Source: Enoplolaimus lenunculus (taxonomy: Eukaryota). From it: DNA of 64,000 bases. The position numbers and the translations under genes were made by a program. Location: assembly GCA_030248215.1 (NCBI GenBank), contig JASANG010001649.1:186001-250000 (forward strand). Reading direction: 5' to 3'. The notes below the pieces were generated by a model. It ran no database searches. It had not been told where the DNA came from and saw only the letters and a program-made list of their open reading frames with translations. Shown piece after piece: positions 1-31,700 of the stretch. Each line of letters begins with the position of its first letter. The first letter of the stretch is position 1.

Positions 1-520
1 GGCGTGAATAAGCTGGAGAGGTCTTGAGAAGTCCAAATATGCAAAAAAATTTTCAACATCGAACCATTTTTGAGCAAACGCGGGCTGGTGGGATAAACGG
101 AAAACACCCGAATTTCGAGGGATTTGTTGTGTTGGAAACTGAAACCATGTTTAAAATCTCTGTACAAAAATCCCAAAGGAAGGTCTGACACTTAACTCCT
201 CCGGCTACGCCCTTGAAGTTTTCACAGTTTTCGTCTATACAGAGTGCGCCTAACAATGCTGGGTAGGAAAAAGTGAACCACCAGGTGCGCATTTTCACCT
301 CTAGTCTAAAATTAGTTCTATCTTATTGAAAGTTTCTGTTGCATTTTCTAAAAATGTTCTTATCGACTAAAGTAATAATTCTTAATTCAGAGTCTGGTGC
401 GACCGGATATCCAGCTGTGGCAAAAAATCGACATCAGGTTGCCGCTACGGCATTCTATTCTGCCCGATATTTATGCTGAAAAGTATACCGTAATCCTTTA
501 TTAAAATTCGATTTTTCTAG

Positions 521-19007
<18,487 letters not shown>

Positions 19008-19137
19008 AGATTTTAATTTGGTGTATCAGAAATTGCTTTTACCTATAGTGTTTTATCTGTATTCAGATAGCGGCAATTAATTGATTACAACTGCCTCGCT
19101 TTCTTTCATCTCGGTTCCATGGTTTGTTGTATGCATA

Positions 19138-19578
19138 CTGTATTGACCCGAATAAGAGGGGGAGGGGTAATAAGAGGGGGTTCCCATTTTGAGCCCGAAT
19201 CAATTGGAGTCCGCATCCCTAATAAGAGTCCGCAAGCGGATAGAGGCCCTAAATCCTAATTAGTGTCCATAAATGTCAAATAACCCTAATTGTAGCGCAT
19301 AAATGACTCCAGGACCAAATAACTTGAGTTCGAAACTTTAAAGCGTACTTAAATTTTGAAAGTACATTCCTAAGTATACCCTTGTATCGCTCAATCTATT
19401 GACACAAGACAAACATTTAATTCAACGGATAATTGAAGTACCGGATATATCTCAGTAACGAAGCGCGGCGGAGCGTGAGTTAAAAATAAATAACAGTCCG
19501 TAACCGAATAACAAGGGGGGGTCCCTCTGGAGAGGCCAAATAAATATCAGTCCCCCCGTCTTATTGGGGTCACTACAG
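19138..19578. mobile_element. Tc1/mariner-type (Tc2/pogo-like) MITE in the CEP170-like 3' UTR
   Basis: TIR ctgtattgacccgaataaga / tcttattggggtcactacag with TA on both sides. Further copies at 39891-40333 and ~55360-55495 (partial). Confidence 0.85.
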
Positions 19579-20156
19579 TACTATTTTGTAAAATGCTGCG
19601 CAAATGAATACCACAAGTTCCAAGCTTGCAGTCAGATTCTCGCTTGGGCAAACGTTTGTTTAAGATTCCGCTTAAGCTTTGAATTTTGTTCAGGACATAC
19701 ATGAGCCGATTGGTGTTTCATAAGTGCAAATTGTCAAAAACGAAATGGCAAATTCACAGAAACGGTATTTATGAATTGCCGTAGAAACTGGTAGCCATGC
19801 AGTAAATTAATCACTAGTTACAACTGAGATTAAACCTTGAAGCTTTTGAACAATTTTTCTGTTTTCGAAATTTCAAATTTGGCCCTAACTTTAGGCATCA
19901 AACTAAAGGCTTAGAATTGGCTTAGGTTTAGGATTGGACAAGTTATCGCGGAATTGCACGAACAACCGAAAAATTTTCTTGGCATTTTATATTAAAATTA
20001 CTTTCTTACTCCTTGAATGCAGGATCTGTGGTGAAGAAAAACTATGTCATAAATGGTTTATATTATATTGTTTTATTTACTAATATACGTATGAATTCGA
20101 CGTGATTGTACAAGCGAATGTGCTTTAAATACTAAATGGTTTTAAGATTAACTTCG

Positions 20157-20162
20157 AATAAA
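20157..20162 (+). promoter_or_regulatory. Probable polyadenylation signal of the CEP170-like gene
   Basis: AATAAA followed by a GT-rich tract (gttgtttttaatgggttgttg), ~1.15 kb after the stop codon. Confidence 0.45.
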
Positions 20163-20709
20163 TACGTTGTTTTAATGGGTTGTTGAGTAAATTTCATTTG
20201 ATTTGATTCATACAAAGCATAATGAGGATTTAACATCTGTCGATCTCATGCTTTGATGATCATTCCAAATACACGTTTATTTCGCTTGAACTTTTAAGTT
20301 TAGTTTAAAAAGTTGTGTAACGAAATAAAATAAACCTCCAACATGTTTTGCAAACACGGTGCAACAGTAAGGGAAAAATACCGGTGCCGGAGGTCTTTAA
20401 AATCTGCCGTAGATGAGGCGAAATTACGCGTTCTAAATGATGGTTAATTGTAGTAAAAAATGTTACGGTTCTGTTTTGCAAAATACCAGCAACCTTTTCT
20501 GAAAACTGCACCAAAAACTATTAAGACGAAACGCACTAAAATTATTTTAAAACAGCAAAAACCAATTAGCGAAACTCATTCGGGTCATTCGACAGTGAGC
20601 ACATATTTAAGTCCAGGGTGTAAACGGATAGTAAAAATAACGGAAACGAAGTGAACAAAAAAACGGAAACGTATTGTTTGATGGTTCCAAATCTAATCAC
20701 ACCAGGTTT

Positions 20710-21985
20710 TCTAGTTTTTAAACAATAGCGGATGCACTGAAATTTTAAAGACGAGATGTAATGTTATATTAGTTAAGTTTAAGTCCGAAGCGCTCGTTTG
20801 CCGAACACCCCGGGTTTTATTAATAGGATAAACCACATTTACATCAACGAAAGCAATTATATAAACCAAAGAAGGCAACAACATATTATCATAACATAAC
20901 AAAGGTCCTTGAAAATTACCCATTATTCTACTCTGCTTGCAAGGATATTATTCAGAGCAAATATGTTAAAAAGCACACAAGAAACCTAGTTTCAAAACAA
21001 ACTACAAATCAGGTACGCTGAGAAAAAGACATTCGAAAACCCAGCATGCTATCATTCTGTCGGGTTATTGTTCCAAAAACCTTAAAAAACATTCTTCTTT
21101 TAGATACAGCTTAAGTTTGCACAAATTTCTATAAACATTTTCCTGAAAAACATCAACAACACAGACATTTTCATTGTTAAACTCTAGTTTACATCGAGCA
21201 CTCCATATTGCCAATTGTGCATGTTGGACGATGAAATTAAAAGCTATTCTCTTTAATGGGTCGTGAATATTTCGTCCCAAAATTAAATCCGAAATCGTTA
21301 TTTCATTTACTCCAGCTACCTGTTGCAAAACGGGAGTAATGAAAAAACTAATTTCTTGCGCCCGCAAACAATAAACACATGAACATTATCCTCCCGCACT
21401 TCAATTCCATCCAAATAACAAAACGAACATATATTTGTCCCATCTGTAAAATGACTAGTGCGGTGATTAGTATACAATGACTTGTGTCTTAACCTAAAAT
21501 GGACGTCTCGCGCAGAGCCGTCAACATATTTCGCTTTTGTCCATATCCATGATCGCTCGATAAAAATAGGTTCAACTCCTAGCTCGTCTCGCCAAAAAAC
21601 ATGTTTAGGATGCATGAGTACCTTATACACAGCGTGTATCCACATTTTATACAATTTATTTGCCGACACTGTTTTTAAGGATAACTTTTCGCCAAAAAAC
21701 CAACAAAAATTTCCATCCATTTTAAATGATGACTCAATCATTGCAATGCGTATCTCTTTATATAACTCCGGTACATCAATGCGTCTCAGTTGACGTTTAG
21801 TCGAAAACTGAACTTGCCGAAAGAAATGTTCGAAACATCTCTTCCAACTCACAACTTCGGTACCTCTTAATATTCGAATATAAAACATTAAACGATTCAC
21901 TTTCAGTCTGACAAAAATATTTGGGAAATTTATCCCGCCGTGACTAGGTTGTAAAAACAGGATATCCCTTCTAATAATACTAGCG
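20710..21985 (-). mobile_element. 5'-truncated, frameshifted non-LTR retrotransposon (L1/Tx1-like ORF2 C-terminus plus 3' UTR)
   Basis: IRRDILFLQPSHGGINFPNI, zinc knuckle CSFC...EDNVHVFIVC and AIWSARCKLEF. Frameshift near 21365 links ORFs 21316..22014 and 21065..21367. AATAAA on the minus strand near 20820. Boundaries approximate. Confidence 0.8.
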
Positions 21986-22293
21986 GTAGACGGGTACCTT
22001 AAGCTATAGTTCATAAATCAAGCGTCGTAACAAGAGTAAACGTATTCCTATAAGCCTATAAGCGTTGCAAAAATGAGTTCGCAAGCCTAATAAGCCGTAA
22101 CCAAAAAATGTAGTCTACAATCTAAACATACTCTTTTATACTCATCAAAAACCTGGACGCCCCTTAAAGTAATATGGGCCAAAAATGCCAATATCCGGAC
22201 ATATTCAGATATCCCAATGTATTTGTATCAAGATAGGTGCATAACCGGATAATTTTTATATTCGTATCATCCGGAAATCCGGTACCATCTATA

Positions 22294-22753
22294 CAGGCTA
22301 TGACAAATCAAATGCGTGTCTGCTCTAAATAAAACATCACAAATCCATTTTAATTAACCATTGTCGTTTAGTGTCATAAACTAAACCCAATATTACGCAT
22401 GAAGACAATATAACAGCAACAAAATATATCTTTTCTTATACGATATAGTACGCGCAACAATTCGAACTATTGGTATGTACTTACTAACGTTTACCAAATA
22501 CGGGATTGAAAATGAGAAAGTATCAGGCTATGGCAAATCAAATGCGTGTCTGCTCTAAATAAAACATCACAAATCTATTTTAATTAACCATTGTCGTTTT
22601 GTGTCATCATAAACTAAACCCAATATTACGCATGAAGACTATAATAGCAACAAAATATATCTTTTCGTATACGATATAGTACGCGCAACAATTCGAACTA
22701 TTGGTATGTACTTTCTAACGTTTACCAAATATGGGATTGAAAATGAGAAAGTA
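22294..22753. repeat. Two-copy ~230-bp tandem duplication
   Basis: 22294-22523 and 22524-22753 are near-identical (caggctatg...gagaaagta). Confidence 0.9.
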
Positions 22754-24692
22754 AATTATTGAGCAGAACGCAGAGCCTATACCAGAGAAACGCCCCTGAC
22801 AATTTAGAATCGCAGAGTTAAGTAGTAAACTAATTTAACTAAAATTTGGTTCGTTCTACACCTCTCATAGAATAAACTAATGATAACCGCAAGTGCGGTA
22901 ATCGAACGTTTGGACAAAAAAATTGAAAATGGGACAATTATGATGAAAAATCGGATTGAAAAATGACCGAACAACCCAATAGTTCCGACGTAAATGTTAT
23001 GTTAAGTGATGAAATCAAACCATTGCAAATAGATAAATTCACTAAAATAATACAAGGCAGCAAACACAACATAATATGTATTATATATTATCACAGGCAT
23101 ATCAAGACACGAAATAATAACAAAACAATGTACAGTTTGATTTGAAGAATGCTTGAACATACAAAGAATATCCCCTTGTTTGGCTGCTACCTGACTTAAA
23201 TTAGCGTTGCACACCGCTGCTAGATTGCAAAATACGGCAAACCTATATAACAACACTAAAGCGCAGGCTCGCCATAAAAATTTAACTTATTCACGACCGA
23301 ATTTGGTGCAAGAAAAATAAATTTAATTTGCTCCATACAGATTGCAAAATAGTAATAGTATTATAAAATAGATCAGGCACTTACACAAAACAATATAATT
23401 GGTATACACTAATGGAGAAAAATGTCAAAATAACAAAAAATATATAAGTATGTAACAAAATTTGTCATCTGAAACGCACTCTGGCATTTTGCTAAGACAT
23501 TGCATGATGCTGTATGTTCGCAAACAGAAGAGATACGGTATTGCTTGAAACAATAGATTAACGATTGAGTGCAGCCCACCACTGCACAGTGAACACACGA
23601 ATTCATTTATGGCAGTGGTCATTCTGCATGTATATATCATAGAACTTAATGACCATATGTGTCACAGAAATTTTTAAAAAACCGTCTGCAATCATAATAA
23701 ATTTATATGAAATGCTGCAGACTACACGGTTGCAACTAGAAATCTGCCGATACCACAATTTTTGCCGATGCCGATTCTTATTTTGAAATTTTGCTGATGC
23801 CGAACCGATGCCGAATCCAACTTTAGTACACCATGCTTAATGAACAGATAGGATACTACATTACATCACCATGTAAAGACTTAAACCGTAACCTTCATAA
23901 ACGAATATAATTTTTTAAGAACGGTTCCTTTCAATTAATTTTTTTAAACACAAACGTGAGAGAGATAACACTTTCCCTGCCCGGACACACTGATATGCGT
24001 CCAGAAACGAAATTGATAGCATTCCAACCGACCGTTCTGTTCAAAAAATATCGCCAACGAATCGCAATTTTTTACAGTGCCGATACCGATACACACGAAA
24101 AGGGGACTGTTATTACCGATGCCGATCATTCATTCGGCACATCCCTAGTTGCAACATATTGATAACTCGGGGCAAATTTCTAAAAAATATAAAACAACAT
24201 AAACAAATATCTTTTGGCACGCAAAGATACCAAAATTAAACATGAAATCAACCTAACCCATTCCATGTCAAGCATAATTCCGCCAATGACAGAAAATATC
24301 CCGTTATCCCCAAATGACAAGCAATTGCAAAACCGCATTACGAAAGCAATGCCGGCCACATAAATTAATCATGAAACTGCTACAGAATTTGGAGCTCAGC
24401 TCCACTTCTATTGCACGTTTCCTCGAGGTTTTCAGTTAACAATGAGCTAGTCAGCGAGTCACCCATTGCAACAACCTTTGTAAAGTCACTTTAATCGGTT
24501 TCGACCCATAAAGTCCTGTCGAACAAACGTTTCACAGCTGTGTTTTGGTTTCTGAGCATTCCACTGAGCATTTTAAGTCGTAGCAGGATGCCCGCCTTCT
24601 TGTTGAACCAAGTACGCCAATTTTAAAACTACTGGCGTATCTCGGTGTTCCACTTACCTATGTTATTGCTCAACTTAAGCTGGAATTTGTTG

Positions 24693-25296
24693 TTACTGAA
24701 CAGGAACTTCCTGTCCTTGTTGTACCTGTTGTTGCCTTGGAACTTGTTGCGCTTGCTGTTGTGCTTGCACAGGGATTTGTTGTGCTTGTTGCTGCTGCTG
24801 CGGTGGAACATGTTGTTGTTGTTGCTGTTGTTGTTGTTGTTGTTGTACATGGATTTGTTGTCCTTGTTGTTGTTTTTGTTGCGTTTGCGGTTGTCTTTTT
24901 TGTTCTTGCTGTTGTACTTGTACTGGCACTTGCTGCCGTTGTTCCACTGGAACTTGTTGCTGTTGTCCTACTTTAACATAGTGCGCTTGTTGATCATGAT
25001 GTGCTTGCACAGGAACTTGACCTTGTTGCTGTTGCGAAGCATGTCCTTGATGTGCTTGTTGTTGACCCTGTGCCGGAGCTGCCTGTCCTTGTTGTGCCTG
25101 TTGCTGAACCTGCACAGGAACTTGTTGCGCCTGCGGTTGAGCATGTACAGGCACTTGTCCAGCTTGTTGATCCATTTGGCTTGGAATACTATCAGGTTGT
25201 TGTTGTTGTTCTTGTGGTTGTTGCTGCTGTTGAGCTTGTTGTTTTTGTTGTTGTTGCGGTGGTGGTTGTTGTTGTTGTTGCGCTTGTTGTTGCTGC

Positions 25297-25363
<67 letters not shown>

Positions 25364-25691
25364 GCTGCTGCTGCTGCTGACGTTGTACTTCTGCTAATCG
25401 CGCTTGTTCAGCCAACTTTTGTTGCTCAGCAAGTCGTTGTGCTTCAGCGACTCGTTGCTGTTGTCGTTCCTGTTCAGCCTGTTGTTGTTGTTGCTTCTGC
25501 TCCGCTGCCAGGTTGGCTTCTTGTTCTTCCTTCAACCGCTCTTGCTCGGCAATCAAATTCTGTTGCTCTGCCAGATTTTGCTGCTGTTCCTGCTTCCGCT
25601 GCAATTCCTCTTGCTGTACTCTTTCTTGTTCTGATGCGATTTGTTGCTGCCGTTGTCGTTCTGCTTCTTCCTGTTGTTGTCGAAGTTTCTC

Positions 25692-25765
<74 letters not shown>

Positions 25766-28700
25766 GCTGTTGTTGTCGCAACTGTTCTTGTTGCAGTTCC
25801 GCTTGCCGCTGTTGCTCTTGTTCCTGCCTTATCCGTTCATGTTCTTGTGCTGCTTGTCGTTCCCGTTCTTCTTGCTGCTGCTGTTGTTGTTGCCTTATTA
25901 GCATTTCCTGTCGCTGCCGTTCTTGTTCTTCAGACACATGACGCAACTGTTCCTGTGCTTGTTGTTGGACCTCAAGTGACACAGTTGCCATTTCGTCGGT
26001 GCCACGGTGTAGCGGCTCGCTGGGTTCCGGAGGTGGCGGTGGTGTCGCATCTGTGTTCGGATAAGCGTCATGTGGCGACTGGGTCACACCAGCACCAACA
26101 TGCTCACCACCGTCCACATTGAAAATGTTGTCTTTATCAAACATACCAATGCCTCCGTGGTCGCGCAAATGAATTCGCGACAAATACGGCGCGTCATATG
26201 ACCCAAGATATAAGGTATCTCCGTCTTGAAGTACCTCTGAAACTGCGGCAACCCGTTTTCCACCTGTGTCATGAATCATACGAATCGAACGGCCGCTTTC
26301 GTCGAGTAACTCAATTACAGCATGTGCCGGTGTTTGCAAGTAGCTTTTCAGCCATCGTAGCGTTTTCGATGAAAAAACCTGAATGTGCAGTGTTATCGAA
26401 GGCTCTCAACTCAAAGAGCAGACATGAATTTTAAGTTGTAAAAACTATACTCCTTACCCGCATATTCCACACCCGTACAAGAGTAGCGGGGGTCTTGGCT
26501 TCCCCACTCGCTTGGACAATAGGAAAACCCTGTTAGATAAGCAGATATGGATTGTAACCATGTAGTAGAAAGAGTGCGAACAAACACTAACTAACTGTAC
26601 CCTGTAAGTTAAAACAGCATAAACATGTGATTATTGGAAAATGAGTTACAGCGTTGCTGGCATAAGATGTCGCTACCTCATACTAAAAACAGTGACATTC
26701 ATTTCCGTGTTTTCTGTCTTTATCAGTGGCTTCTTAGCAATTGGTCGTGAGAAAAATATGGCCCTAACATGGATGTAATTACTAGCATCAAAATTTACCT
26801 TAGTTGCAAATTTCCGCCTCCAAGTCGATTGCGATTCGCTCTCAAACCGTGATTCTTTGCCTCGAAATCTTGCATTTGCGTACGCCACCCAGTACCCGCC
26901 ATTTGGCGCGCGACGTATATTATCTGGTAGTCCCGGCAAATTAACCGCCCATGGTTCAATATTGCCCGCTTCGATTCCGGTTAAATGAAGCCTGTAACAG
27001 CTCCGAAAGTTTCGCATAAAGCTTAAGGCTAAATATAAAAGGTAACAAATATATTATTCACCGCGACATAACCTAACGGATAAACTTGGAAAGAATATAG
27101 TTGAGCTATTTTGGCGACAGGGTTCCAATATAAACAAAATCAACCGAATCCCGAATTCAATTTTTACAAAAGTCGTTATTGTAATAGGTAACAGAATCTC
27201 TTTTTAAACTTCATCGTCTGTCATTAACAGTCTTTTTATTTTATTCTCAGTTTGTGCCCACTACAAAATTTGCGACATGTGACGTAATCTACAGCCAACA
27301 CAATTTAAATGGTACATATATAAATTTAAACGCGTGCTTGCTGCACTAAATTCGCTCGTTTTGCTGCCTTAAAGTCGAATTTTTACATATTGTTTTGTAG
27401 AAAATGAAACGTATCCCTAACTGCCGAACTTCGACATGAAACAATGTTTGGCCAAATTCTGAAAATTTTGCCGCAACTTTATTGGAATCTCGTTGAATTC
27501 GTTAACGGCTCTACTTTAACAAAATATAGTTCGTTGTGAAAGTTCATTTTCGTGTTTTATTCTGTAGCAGTATATGAACCGCATGTTAAGTTTGTTATTG
27601 CCATTCTGTTTTGCTTTTATATTCAGAAAGGGCTGTCATAAATGAGAGCTGTATAATTTATACTATAGGTGTTTTTAATCAATTGTTGCGGTAAACAACG
27701 CTTTCTTTTTACAACGGCGACATGTAATGGCCCACAGTGAACAAAACTGAGTGTAAGGTCCCGTTGAGTTAAGGTTACCAAAGAAGAATAAGGCAAAAAT
27801 GATTCTTTTGCGACATAAGCAGAATAACACAACGAGGTACCAATGAAATTTCTGTACTGGTTGAATTTGTAGCAAAATGTTTACGCGGATACCAAGGCTG
27901 AGCTGTATTTTACTATTGGAATTCTGGCATACTTTGTTACCTGCTGCAGCATCTCAACATTTTAGGTTAAAAATTGATAAAACTACACTTTATTAAACCT
28001 TTCATTACATAAAATCGACAAAAACGTTCGTCCCAGGGCGCCACCGGAATTACAGTTTACCGGCACTGGAATTTGAAAAAATTACCTGAAACAGAGCCGG
28101 AAAATGAAAAATACATGCCGATTAAAAATTCATTTTTTAATTTTCTTTTTTTTTGCAATATTATTGGTGAAATAACCCTAGTTGGAGATAGGTGTTCATT
28201 ATGTCTGCTGTATTTTAGATTTCCACAATCCACGGAAGCGCATTCTACCTTATATGGTTTATTTTCGGTGATTGTCAAGGTTTATATACTATACGAATGA
28301 AATCTATCTATTACAATTTTACCGTGATTTGTAGTAAAATATCTAAATTTCCACCCACCAAAATTTAATGCCAGAATTTTTAATTGCGGTAAAATTTTAC
28401 CGGAACCGAATCGTCAAATACTGCCGGAACCGGAATTCCGGTTGCACGCTGGTTGGCCCGATACCGAGTTTGTTCTGGTTTAAACTTTGTGAACGGCACG
28501 TTTCTGTTAGTAACTGCATTAGTTAAAAGTGAAAAGACTTCATAATTTTACAAAATAGAAAAGTAGTATAATTAACATCGCCCGATGAACGAAACGAAAT
28601 AGTTAACTTATTTTCTTGCGTAAACGCCACATATTTAAAAATAGCAATGAATAAGGCAAAATGCTTACTTTGTGATTTTCGCTCGAGTTAATTCACAGAT

Positions 28701-31700
28701 AAGCAAACTTTGGCGATCATGAGATAGAGTAATACCGTTTGGAAATGCTAAATTGCGCAACAGAACAGTGACTTCACCTGATTCCGGATGGTAAACCAAT
28801 AATCTGAAATATTAAGCCGTACATTCAGACCCATGATACCTTAGCAAACAGATTTAAGTACACGCTGACACAGTTAGGTAATGCGCTAATAGCGTCTTTG
28901 TAGTTACATTCTACATCAAAATCATCCACCAAATTCTTTAAATTTCCAGCCACAGCGTTGCAGTAAAACTAGATGTAGATAAAACAGGGCCCCGTTCACT
29001 GAATTACGCAATAACTTCGAACAAAGTTGGATCAAAACCAATTAACACGTTGCAAAAGCATTTATTTCAAAACGCAAGATTTCTAATGAAACAAATACTT
29101 CAATACCAGGCTATATTAACCTCTGGTTTATATAACTTGCTTGCAAAACAGCAGCAATCACAGTTCAAACAAATTCAGCCCCAGTAGCAATTTCGATAGA
29201 GCCCTGTCCCGTTCTAATCACGTCTCAACTTACAATTAAAACCTCATATTCAAGAAAATTTATGGTTGTGTATACTTTTCTGCGCCGCGCAACAGAATAG
29301 GTCGCGCCATCCACCAACGCACGCCACCGGACGCACGCTGCCGTTTGAAAAAAGCTATTCAGTGCGTTTTTTAAAAATTATTTTTCTAAAATTTAGTTTT
29401 ATAGTGGCGTGTCGCGCTGATAGAGTAACCCAACCGGTGGCGCTATATTAGTCGCGCGGTACGATCCGTCACTACAAGAGCAATTTGAGGTATAGTACCA
29501 CACGCTTACAGATGGTGGCACAATGTTTTTTAAAAATTATAATGCCATTTATTGGTGTCGTCGGTCACCATCTGTCGCCGTCGTTATCCTACGCGAATTG
29601 CTCGAGTAACTTACAGTACAGTGACGAACAGTGACGAACAGCGCCGCGCGACAAGTATACGCAACCCTACTACACGTCATAAACATATTACCTGCCATCG
29701 GCTTTAGCTTCAAGCATAATCAGCATCACATCTCGAAGGTTCCAACGTGTCGAAGAATCAGTGAATACAATTCGGCCATCAGCCAAAAGTTCAACGTCAT
29801 TGAAAAATCGTATCGGCTCCCCATCGACTACCATACCACCAGATACAATATTTTCTGTCGTTCCTAAAGCAAGTAACAAAACAATCAGATCAAATCATTA
29901 TCTTTATCTAAACTACATGTAAATGTAACTGTTTCCATTTATCTTCAATGTCATCACAAATACTCCCCATCCACCTATCTGCTGGAACCCACGCGGAAAA
30001 ACAAAACTTTTGTTATTCACCCACGTAAAAATGAAACTTATAACTAGTTTTACACGTATTTAACAAAAATGAACACTTCAACTAAACTGTAACACACATT
30101 AAACGTTATATATAACAGAACATGAAAAAATTCCAATCTAATCAAGCGCATAGAATCACTTACTATGAATAAAATCAACAATAAATATTCCATTATATGC
30201 GTCTGCTACCAACAACTGACCATTGGGCATGACACGTATGCCTAGTGGTCGTCCATTTTCAGGCTCGGTGTCATAAGAACCTGGTAAGCAGTAAACAGTA
30301 CACGCACCATGTCAGAATTATACTAAAAGTTTCATAGGAGCATAAATTGATTTAGTGTTCGTCAAGTTATCTAACAATCTAGAAAAGTCCACCACATACA
30401 AACTAGCAAATACACATCGACTTGGGAGAAAAATTCATACAACTAATCTCTTCATAGCCCAGTTCTCTAGAGACCTACATATTACCAACTTTAGAAAACA
30501 CACAACTATTGAAACAATCCTTTACTTAAAGCACAAACGAACAGATCCAACCATACTACCAATGATAAAGTACGCGCTATTCGCAATATAGCATAAACTA
30601 CTAACTAGGTTTCAATACGTATGTATCACTTACAACGAGAACCACAGTTTAGTTTTCCTAAACGCATTTCGTCCACCATTAGATCATTAACAATCTTTAC
30701 TATAGAGCCAGGGTATGTCGAAGCATATATAGCTCCTAAAAACTAATGATACATTTTAGATTCAATAAGCAATTTTGTGCAGTCAGCGAAGAAGATAACT
30801 TTACCATGAAATCAACTCAACATTTACGATCTGTCGTACAATGTATAATTGAATTTCTATCAATCATTAAAATAAAAAAATTCAATAGGAGCTAGATAAA
30901 TATTACAATTAGGTTAAATACAACATCCGTAGTCAAAAACAATTCAACAAAACATACCGTCGTTCAAAACTAGGGACTCTGGCCCAAACACTTTGCCTTC
31001 TAAAATTCGTTCAGCTTTCGCTAAACTATTATCCGGTTGCGGCTCGAGCATCGGTGGAGGTGGAAGCCTAAAACACATAAGATTGTTTCATCTAAAAAAG
31101 CCCAGAAAATTGCAAAATTCCGACAAGCTTGTAGCTGGTTGGTTTGCAATAAAACCAGAATAGAGCAAATTACACATGTGAAAAACTGCTTGAGAGGATA
31201 TTCTAGTACAGTATGATTGAACACATCCTCTCTAATAAGATGTTTTAACAAAGGTTTTGAATATTTTTTATCTGACCTGAATTGCCGTTTTATACAATTA
31301 AACTAATAAATAGCCGCCAAACTTTATTTCATGCTTTCTTTTATCGTGGCTACTGTCCCATGCCCTTAGAACATGGATGGGTGATCTCGGTCTCGGTCTC
31401 GATGAGTATCAGGATTTGGCTGGTCTCGGTCTCGCTTTTTGTCAGTCTCGGTTGTTTGCAAACCGAGACCAAAGAAGTGAAAAGCAATAAGAAATCACAA
31501 AAATTTTCCTTGGATCGCAGCTTTGGCCCGGAAGAATTTGCGCATTTCGCCTACCAACACAGACAGCGAACGATCGTGGAGCATCGCTACCTAGTTATAC
31601 AGCGATTTGAGAAACAGAATGACCCCACCGATTACCCAAAGTTTTATTTTTTCAAAGGAAATACAAACCACTTGGATTTTACTCTGACACAGCACAAATG

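Noticed and set aside
24486..24695. Genome-wide TAA=Gln (ciliate-type) code
   Set aside because: Hundreds of Gln codons in the three genes include no in-frame TAA/TAG. The other two genes ending in TGA is too small a sample to support it.
24645..26122. Plus-strand Leu/Val/Cys-rich ORFs that look like membrane proteins
   Set aside because: Antisense shadows of the APMAP Gln-rich exon.
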